A stretch of DNA of 64,000 bases, taken from Bacteroidales bacterium. Its GTDB lineage: Bacteria; Bacteroidota; Bacteroidia; Bacteroidales; JAEINX01. Every line of letters starts with the position of its first letter. Within the stretch, counting starts at the first letter, position 1. The DNA lies in contig JAEINX010000004.1 of assembly GCA_016342645.1 (NCBI GenBank), forward strand, positions 4,363-68,362, read 5' to 3'. Under the pieces are notes generated by a model. The model saw nothing but the letters and a program-made list of their open reading frames with translations. It ran no database searches and was not told the DNA's origin. Positions 57,305 to 64,000 of this stretch are shown piece after piece. The position numbers were made by a program, and so were the translations under genes.

Positions 57305-60300
57305 ATGATTGTGCATTTAAAAATATATAGAAAATCGCATATAACTATGCATTTCAAAGACTTAATTGCTTTTGGGGAAATTATTTTGTTTTTTCTGATA
57401 TCATCATTGAATGTTCAGGCTCAGGAAGGAGTCCAGCAACGATTTTTCACTTCCCAAAATGGATTAAAAATTTCGTGGGTGAATAGCATTACCAAAAACC
57501 CAAATAACGATATTATAATTGTTCACTCGCCAAAGTTTTACTTTGCTATATATGATGGTATTAATTTTGATTATACAATCGACCCATCAGGGATTATTGG
57601 AAAAACATATGAAGACTTCTTAGGAAATTTATGGAGTATTGATGAAGGGAATTTGGATAGTGTTAATTTTTATTCAAATAATAATTGGCAAAATTTGGAA
57701 TTTGAAGTGGGAATTCCATTTATACCAACACCAAAAAAAGGAAACAAACTCCTTTTTATTAGAGACGGTGATCTCAAAGAATTTGATAAAGTGAAACAAC
57801 AGACACGTATTATTAAGCGGGCAGAAGAATCTCAAATTGGGAAGTTAATCGACATGACGACTTTTCAGGATGGAAGCGTTTGGATTACAGGAGAAGATGG
57901 GCTTGCAAAGTATCTGGTTCAGTCTAATGATTCTAAAGAGCAATGGATCGACTTTCAAGTTCCCAAGGATCTCGGATTATACCATTTCAACAAGCCCTTC
58001 GAAGGAGTAGATGGAGAATTAACTTTTATGTCAAAGTCTTCTACGTCAAAGCAAAATGTTCTAGGCGGCTTCGATGGTAAGGAATGGCAAAAAGTATATG
58101 CTTCACTAAAAGATGAAGTTTACTGCGGATGGCGAGGACAGGACAACTCACTTTGGATAATAAAAGGGAGCCTCCCACCATCGAATGGCTCGCTTAGAGA
58201 TTGGGACCTTTTTCATGTTCAGGAAGGTCAGGAAACATGTGTGGAAAAAAACAGAATCTTAAATCGTGTGCTTAACGATGTTGTTGTTGAGCCAAATGGC
58301 ACTTTCTGGCTGGCAACAGGATCTGGGCTTGCCCGTTTTGCTCAAACTTTGTGGAGTAAGCAAAAAGCAGAAGTGGATTTGAATCGGCGTTTTAAGAAAA
58401 TCCATGAAGATTTATCTGGCCTATTGTGGTTTGCCTCAGAGGACGCTTTTTTTCTTTTTTCGAATAACAAATGGGAATCGTTTCAATTTAATCCAGCAGT
58501 ATTCACAGGAGATATTTGTTCTCTTAAAAATGGCTTACTGGTTGTTGGAGCTACCGACTCAGGAGGACTTGCATTATTCAATCCTAAGGATAAAAGCCGT
58601 ACAGTTGCATTCCCTTTTGGAAACGAAAAAATAAGATATTATGACCAGAATAAGAATGGGAATTGTTTCATTATTCTTCAGGATTTGAATGGTAAATCCA
58701 GACTTATTAAATATGATGGCGAAAATGGAGAAGAATTAGCTGAGAATTTGAATATTGATAAATTAGCTCCCGGAGAATGTGAAGTTACAGATATTATTCA
58801 AACCATTAGCGGGGACATTTGGATTGTAACTTATACAGAAATTATCCTTTACAAAAAAGGAATTAGGCAGAGTTTTGACTTAAAAGAAGAGTTTGAATGG
58901 GGTATGTCAACCGCTATTCTTGAATTGGGAAATGGAAACATTTGGATTAGCGGAAACAAAGGAATTTTACAGTTTGATGGGGAAAATTGGTCGCTTGTTC
59001 AAACCCCTGAATTTGAAACAGCCCGGATGATGATAATCGCCAGCGATAGCAGTATCTGGGTTGCATCAGGGACTGGGATTCACAGATTGATTAATGGAAC
59101 ATGGATTTCCAATACAAACGAAGATGGCCTTCCTAATGCAGTAATTTTTGATATTCTTGAAGATAAACAGGGGAAAATATGGGTTGCCACAGAGAACGGA
59201 GTTTATCGTTATCATCCGGAAGCTGATACCTACGCACCGGAAACTGTTGTACCTTCGGATATGAACTTCCACGAAGCCGTACCAAGTGGCGAAATGCAAT
59301 TTGTGTTCAAGGGGCGCGATAAATGGGATAATACACCGGATAACCGATTACTATATTCCTATCGTTTTGATGAAAATTCATGGACACCTTTTGAAAATAA
59401 AACTACAGCAATTGGAACCAGTTTATCGGCAGGCTCTCATGTTTTTGAAGTTCGGGCAATGGATCGAAACGGAAATATTGATCAATCCCCTGCAAGTTGG
59501 CCGTTTACTGTGTTGCTTCCGTGGTATAAAGAAACTCATTTTATTATACTTCTTGTTTTTGCTATCTGTTTAATAGTTTTGTCGTTAGGATATGCTATCA
59601 CCAGGCATTTTCGAGTAGAAAAATTAGTTAAAATTCGCACAGCAGAGTTGGAAATATCAAAAGAAAAAGCGGAAAAAAGCGAACGTGAATTACAACAAAA
59701 GAACGAAGAATACGAAACTATTAACGAGGAACTGAATCAAACCAATGAAAATTTGTATGAAGCGAAAGAAAAAGCAGAAAAAAGCGAACTTGAGCTAAAA
59801 TTAAAGAACGAAGAATACGAAGCTATTAACGAAGAACTGAATCAAACCAATGAAAATTTGTATGAAGCGAAAGAAAAAGCAGAAGAAAGTGACCGTTTAA
59901 AATCAGCATTTCTCACAAATATGAGTCATGAAATACGTACACCTATGAATGGTATTTTGGGATTTACAGATCTACTAAAGGAACCAAATTTAAGTGGCGA
60001 AGAACAACTTAAATTTATTGAAATAATCAGAAAAAGCGGGAATCGTATGCTTAATACTGTTAACGATATCATTGATATTTCGAAAATTGATGCCGGCCAG
60101 GTAGAAATATCAAAAGCTTTTGTTAACATAAATGAAGAAATAGAAACACAATTTGAGTTCTTTAATGGGGAGGCTACTTCCAAAGGTTTAGAATTTAAGC
60201 TTAATAATAGCATGCAAAGGTGGGATGCTTTTATTCTTATGGATAAAGTTAAGCTGAATTCAATTATTTCCAACCTGATTAAAAATGCAATTAAATACAC

Positions 60301-60997
60301 CGACAATGGGAACATAGAGATTCTTTGTAATAAAAAAGGATCGAAGTTTGAGTTTAAGATCACTGATACCGGAATAGGAATTCCCGAAGATAGAATCAAT
60401 TCTATTTTCAATCGATTTGAACAGGCAGATATTAGTGATATACATGCACGACAAGGCTCGGGACTGGGACTTGCTATTTCAAAAGCCTATGTTGAAATGT
60501 TGGATGGTCAAATTGGTGTTGAATCAGAACAGGGAAAAGGCTCAACATTCTATTTCACCCTACCTTGGATCGAAAAACAGGAAAAGCCGAAACTCATAAA
60601 AGAAAAGGAAGTTTTAAGCACAACAGCCATTAATAATCAAATTAACATCTTAATAGCAGAAGATGATGAAACCAGTTTTGAACATCTCGAGATTATTCTT
60701 CATAATTTGGCTAAAAGAATAAACAGGGTTATTAATGGGAAAGAAACCGTTGAATATATGAAAAACAATTCGGATGTTGATTTAGTTTTAATGGACATTA
60801 AAATGCCGGTGATGAGTGGCTATGACGCTACAATGCAAATCCGTAAGTTCAACAAAGATGTTAAAATTATTGCCCAAACAGCTTATGCTCTTGCCGGAGA
60901 CAAAGAAAAAGCACTTGATGCCGGTTGCGATGATTATATTGCAAAACCCATTAAAAAAGATGAACTTATTTCATTAATACAAAAGTATTTTAATTAG
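57305..60997 (+). CDS. HTCS-like hybrid sensor (beta-propellers - Y_Y_Y - TM - coiled coil - HisKA - HATPase - REC) lacking the AraC-type DNA-binding domain
   Basis: 1230 aa. The start may be the ATG at 57347 (MHFKDLIAFGEIILFFLISSLNVQAQ). Propeller repeats (GDIWIVTY, GNIWISGNKG, SSIWVASGTG, GKIWVATENG), Y_Y_Y-like block (LLYSYRFDENSWTPF...GSHVFEVRAMDRNGN), a TM helix, H-box MSHEIRTPMNGILGF, HATPase, and REC (ILIAEDD...LVLMDIKMP...YIAKPI). The protein stops right after the receiver. Confidence 0.87.
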   Translation: MIVHLKIYRKSHITMHFKDLIAFGEIILFFLISSLNVQAQEGVQQRFFTSQNGLKISWVNSITKNPNNDIIIVHSPKFYFAIYDGINFDYTIDPSGIIGKTYEDFLGNLWSIDEGNLDSVNFYSNNNWQNLEFEVGIPFIPTPKKGNKLLFIRDGDLKEFDKVKQQTRIIKRAEESQIGKLIDMTTFQDGSVWITGEDGLAKYLVQSNDSKEQWIDFQVPKDLGLYHFNKPFEGVDGELTFMSKSSTSKQNVLGGFDGKEWQKVYASLKDEVYCGWRGQDNSLWIIKGSLPPSNGSLRDWDLFHVQEGQETCVEKNRILNRVLNDVVVEPNGTFWLATGSGLARFAQTLWSKQKAEVDLNRRFKKIHEDLSGLLWFASEDAFFLFSNNKWESFQFNPAVFTGDICSLKNGLLVVGATDSGGLALFNPKDKSRTVAFPFGNEKIRYYDQNKNGNCFIILQDLNGKSRLIKYDGENGEELAENLNIDKLAPGECEVTDIIQTISGDIWIVTYTEIILYKKGIRQSFDLKEEFEWGMSTAILELGNGNIWISGNKGILQFDGENWSLVQTPEFETARMMIIASDSSIWVASGTGIHRLINGTWISNTNEDGLPNAVIFDILEDKQGKIWVATENGVYRYHPEADTYAPETVVPSDMNFHEAVPSGEMQFVFKGRDKWDNTPDNRLLYSYRFDENSWTPFENKTTAIGTSLSAGSHVFEVRAMDRNGNIDQSPASWPFTVLLPWYKETHFIILLVFAICLIVLSLGYAITRHFRVEKLVKIRTAELEISKEKAEKSERELQQKNEEYETINEELNQTNENLYEAKEKAEKSELELKLKNEEYEAINEELNQTNENLYEAKEKAEESDRLKSAFLTNMSHEIRTPMNGILGFTDLLKEPNLSGEEQLKFIEIIRKSGNRMLNTVNDIIDISKIDAGQVEISKAFVNINEEIETQFEFFNGEATSKGLEFKLNNSMQRWDAFILMDKVKLNSIISNLIKNAIKYTDNGNIEILCNKKGSKFEFKITDTGIGIPEDRINSIFNRFEQADISDIHARQGSGLGLAISKAYVEMLDGQIGVESEQGKGSTFYFTLPWIEKQEKPKLIKEKEVLSTTAINNQINILIAEDDETSFEHLEIILHNLAKRINRVINGKETVEYMKNNSDVDLVLMDIKMPVMSGYDATMQIRKFNKDVKIIAQTAYALAGDKEKALDAGCDDYIAKPIKKDELISLIQKYFN
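59660..59869 (+). repeat. Tandem 2 x 105-nt (35-aa) in-frame duplication inside the coiled-coil linker of the HTCS-like sensor
   Basis: Units at 59660-59764 and 59765-59869 differ at about 9 of 105 nt (KEKAEKSERELQQKNEEYETINEELNQTNENLYEA / KEKAEKSELELKLKNEEYEAINEELNQTNENLYEA). A third, partial unit (KEKAEESDRLKS) starts at 59870 and runs into the H-box. Confidence 0.9.
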
Positions 60998-61014
60998 CAT
61001 ATAAACACAAAATA

Positions 61015-63114
61015 ATGAGCTATCTTCAAATTATTATAATGTTATTATGTTTAATACAGAGTGTATTGGCAAGTGATTTGAAAAAAGATAGTTTAGAACT
61101 GAGATTGGAAAACTTATCCAACCACGAAAAAGTGGATACCGCCCTTTCGCTGGCAAACATGAATATCGACGATTCTCCTGAAAAAGCAATTGAATATTGT
61201 ATCAGGGCTTTAGAATTGGCGACCCGCTTAAACTATAAACATGGGGAAGGCCTTGCCGCTTTTTATCTGGGAAAATGTTATTTGAAGTCAGATAAATTTG
61301 ATGAAGCTTTAAAATATAATAATGTTGCTTTACAAATATTTGAGGAGAGAGATAATGACACTATGATGGCACAAACGGAAATTGAAGCAGGGCTGATTAA
61401 CTTCATGAAACCCAATATAGAACAGGCAGTTGGTCATTTTTCAAGAGCGAAGGATCTTTATTCACAACAAAATGATAGTGTAGGTATATCAGTCGCATTT
61501 TATAATCTTGGAAGATGCTATCGTAAAACGAGTAGATTAGATTTAGCCATGGAAAATTCTTTGAAATCCTTAAGCTTTCATGAACAGAATAATCATAACG
61601 CATTGAATATCATTAGTATTATTTACGCCATTAATAAAGATATGGATAAAGCCTTAGAATACCAGGAAATGGCATTGAAAATACGAGAAAAGCTTGAATT
61701 GAAGGATGAAATTATTGGTTCATTGAATAACTTAGGTTTAATCTCCATTCGTAGCAATAAGCTTGATAAAGGATTAGAGTATTTATTAAGATCGGCTAAA
61801 ATTGCTGAAGATTTAGGAAAAAAATCCCAGCTTAACCGAACATTGAATAATATTGGTTTTTTATATGGAGATTATTTTAATGATCATGAAAATGCCTTGA
61901 AATACTACAAAAAATCGCTCAAGGTTAGTAAAGAGATAAATGATAAGTTTGAATCTTCCAACACATATATTAATATCGGGATACTTCAATCAAAATTAAG
62001 AGTCTATGATTCTGCCTTGTTTAATTTTGAAAAAGGATTAAACTTAGCGAAAGAAATTAAAGCAAATGAATTTATAAAAAACGCTTACATCTCCATTTCT
62101 CAACATTATGAACGGGCCGGAGATTATCGGCTGGCTCTTGATAATTACAAATCCTTTATGGCAATAAAAGACTCTATTTTCAATAAAGAATCAGAAAATA
62201 AAATTACGGAAATGCAAATAAAATATGAATCAGAAAAAAAAGAGAAAGAAAACGAGATTTATAGATTGCAGATTGAGAAACATAATCTTCAAAAAAATCG
62301 CCTTTATTTAGGCTTGATACTGTTTTTTCTAATAGTAATTGTCATTTATTTTCGTTATATAATGAAAAGCAAAAGTAATAAACTATTAATGAAAGAGATA
62401 CAGGAGCGAGAAAAAATAGAAGATGCACTAAGGGCAGCCAATGATGATCTCAATGCTTTTAGCTATTCAGTTTCTCACGATCTACGTGCACCTCTAAGAG
62501 CAATAGACGGTTTTTCCAAAATGATTCTTGAAAGTCATTCGTCTGAAATTGATCCTGAAGTTCAGCGTTTGCTGCATTTAATTCCGGAAAATGTGAAAAA
62601 AATGAATACGCTAATAAGTGATCTTCTTTCATTTTCAAAAATTGGCCGAAAGAATGCCAATCTTACAAAAATTGACATGAGCAACATGGTTAATTCTATT
62701 TGTAACGAACTTGTTCCCGAAGCTGAAAAGGGAAAAATTCAACTCAATGTAATGCAATTGCCCCATTCATACGGTGATCCTTCATTAATTCATCAGGTAT
62801 GGATAAACCTTATAAGCAACGCCATTAAATATTCTTCCGGCAAACCTATCAGTATAATTCATATCGGAATTCAGGAAAATGCTAAAGAACAGATTTACTT
62901 TGTGAGGGATAACGGAGTTGGATTTGATATGAAATATGCCAATCAATTGTTTAAAGTTTTTCAACGTCTCCATAATGAAAAAGAATTCGAAGGCACAGGC
63001 GTAGGCCTGGCAATTGTGCACAAAATCATTCAGAAACACGGAGGTAAAATCTGGGTGGAAGCAGAAAAAAACAAAGGAGCAACTTTTTATTTTACAATCC
63101 CCATAATAAAGTAA
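61015..63114 (+). CDS. TPR-repeat sensor histidine kinase
   Basis: 699 aa. Signal peptide, about 8 TPR-like repeats, one TM (LYLGLILFFLIVIVIYF), H-box LNAFSYSVSHDLRAPLRAIDGF, N box NLISNAIKYS, then DNGVGF and GTGVGLAIV. Confidence 0.87.
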   Translation: MSYLQIIIMLLCLIQSVLASDLKKDSLELRLENLSNHEKVDTALSLANMNIDDSPEKAIEYCIRALELATRLNYKHGEGLAAFYLGKCYLKSDKFDEALKYNNVALQIFEERDNDTMMAQTEIEAGLINFMKPNIEQAVGHFSRAKDLYSQQNDSVGISVAFYNLGRCYRKTSRLDLAMENSLKSLSFHEQNNHNALNIISIIYAINKDMDKALEYQEMALKIREKLELKDEIIGSLNNLGLISIRSNKLDKGLEYLLRSAKIAEDLGKKSQLNRTLNNIGFLYGDYFNDHENALKYYKKSLKVSKEINDKFESSNTYINIGILQSKLRVYDSALFNFEKGLNLAKEIKANEFIKNAYISISQHYERAGDYRLALDNYKSFMAIKDSIFNKESENKITEMQIKYESEKKEKENEIYRLQIEKHNLQKNRLYLGLILFFLIVIVIYFRYIMKSKSNKLLMKEIQEREKIEDALRAANDDLNAFSYSVSHDLRAPLRAIDGFSKMILESHSSEIDPEVQRLLHLIPENVKKMNTLISDLLSFSKIGRKNANLTKIDMSNMVNSICNELVPEAEKGKIQLNVMQLPHSYGDPSLIHQVWINLISNAIKYSSGKPISIIHIGIQENAKEQIYFVRDNGVGFDMKYANQLFKVFQRLHNEKEFEGTGVGLAIVHKIIQKHGGKIWVEAEKNKGATFYFTIPIIK

Positions 63115-63120
63115 TAGTTA

Positions 63121-64000
63121 ATGGAAAATATAGTCAAAATATTAATTGTTGAGGATGTTTATTCAGATCTTGAATTAATTCTTCTTGTGTTGAAAAAAGC
63201 AAAGATCGACTTTAAATACCAGCATGTTGAAAATAAAGAAGGCTTTAGAAAAGCCTTAACTGAATTTAATCCCGACCTTATACTTTCCGATTATATGTTG
63301 CCGCAATTCACAGGGATGGAAGTATTAATGATTGCGAAGAAAATCTCCCCAAACTTGCCTATAATAATTGTTACCGGATCGATAAATGAGGAAACCGCTG
63401 TGGATTGCATGAAGGCCGGAGCAATGGATTATCTTCTTAAAGACAATCTATCCCGACTTGGTTTGTCTGTAAAATCAGTGCTGGAAAGGAAAAAACAGAT
63501 TGATGCCAGAAAAAAAGCGGAAGAGGCACTCATAGAGAGAGAACTTCATTTGAACTCAATTATCCAAAATCCGGTTGGATACATGATATATCGACTGAAA
63601 GTCGGATCCGATCCGATGTCGCCTATTGTTACCCATGTAAGTCCTTCAATAACTGATTTAACAGGTGTAAGTCTGGAAGAAAGCAAAAACTATTTGAAAT
63701 GGTTTGAAAATGTCCACTCCGATGATTTACCACGGCTGATCGAAGCCAATCAAAAAGGAATGAAACCCCCTTTTCTTTTTGAAGAAGAATTTAGGTATAA
63801 TCACCCTACAAAAGGTTTAATTTGGTTACAAGCCAAAACTAATGGAAGACCTTACTCACATGACCCTGAAAATATTGAGTGGGCACATGGCATATTGACA
63901 GATATCACTGAGCGTAAACAAGCGGAGGACGCACTGCGCGAAAGCGAAGATAAATTCCGCCACCTTTTCAACAATGCCGAAGTGGGTATGTTCAGAACAC
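63121..64000 (+). CDS. Receiver-PAS signalling protein, N-terminal part (runs off the right edge)
   Basis: Not in the track because it is open at the edge. My translation from the ATG at 63121 gives MENIVKILIVEDVYSDLELILLVLKKAKIDFKYQHV...DLILSDYMLPQFTGMEV...IIIVTGSINEETAVDCMKAGAMDYLLKDN. A PAS region follows (ERELHLNSIIQNPVGY...ILTDITERKQAEDALRESEDKFRHLFNNAEVGMFRT). Confidence 0.8.
   Translation, partial: MENIVKILIVEDVYSDLELILLVLKKAKIDFKYQHVENKEGFRKALTEFNPDLILSDYMLPQFTGMEVLMIAKKISPNLPIIIVTGSINEETAVDCMKAGAMDYLLKDNLSRLGLSVKSVLERKKQIDARKKAEEALIERELHLNSIIQNPVGYMIYRLKVGSDPMSPIVTHVSPSITDLTGVSLEESKNYLKWFENVHSDDLPRLIEANQKGMKPPFLFEEEFRYNHPTKGLIWLQAKTNGRPYSHDPENIEWAHGILTDITERKQAEDALRESEDKFRHLFNNAEVGMFRT

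Noticed and set aside
57305-60997. A canonical Bacteroides-type hybrid two-component system (HTCS) regulator.
   Set aside because: The periplasmic sensor, kinase and receiver fit, but the protein ends at ...LISLIQKYFN right after the receiver. No AraC-type helix-turn-helix is present in any frame before the next gene at 61015, so I call it HTCS-like only.
1-64000. Phage defence systems, toxin-antitoxin pairs, retrons/DGRs, restriction-modification systems or prophage genes.
   Set aside because: I read through all track ORFs of 60 aa or more and the intergenic regions. I recognised no nuclease, helicase, reverse-transcriptase, DNA-methylase, capsid or integrase signatures apart from the transposase fragment at 51254..51361.

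Overview
AT-rich (about one-third G+C by eye) chromosomal window with clear Bacteroidota hallmarks: a SusC/SusD pair, T9SS C-terminal sorting domains, a hemD-DUF4271 pair, a TAnnTTTG-type promoter box and short intergenic spacers. No rRNA, tRNA, CRISPR array, prophage or recognisable defence system was seen. Layout: (i) 0-9.5 kb is housekeeping (rnpA fragment, hemD, MFS transporter, acs, adk) plus a TPP riboswitch in front of a TonB-dependent receptor. (ii) 10-23.2 kb is a complete [FeFe]-hydrogenase island: NuoE-like/NuoF-like/HydA structural genes, HydG/HydF/HydE maturases, and an interleaved signalling module made of a HydS-like sensory hydrogenase domain fused to a histidine kinase, three receiver-only proteins (one a pseudo-receiver) and a REC-kinase. 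(iii) 23.3-37 kb is envelope and housekeeping (sugar aminotransferase/acetyltransferase, gcvH, tonB, uvrC, thiL, a methyltransferase-GT2-large membrane protein trio, recO, a PorZ-like T9SS protein). (iv) 37.3-64 kb is very dense in signal transduction. It holds a tightly packed operon of TonB-dependent receptor, YfiR-like DUF4154 protein, two multi-sensor proteins with no output domain, a multi-TM kinase and a hybrid kinase, bracketed by a decayed direct duplication. It also holds a small SusC/SusD/esterase locus with an HTCS-like sensor lacking a DNA-binding domain, a TPR kinase and a REC-PAS protein running off the edge. The best candidates for new biology are the output-less split sensor operon (37.5-50.2 kb) and the hydrogenase-kinase fusion (15.4-17.4 kb). 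All family assignments come from reading motifs by eye; no searches were run.
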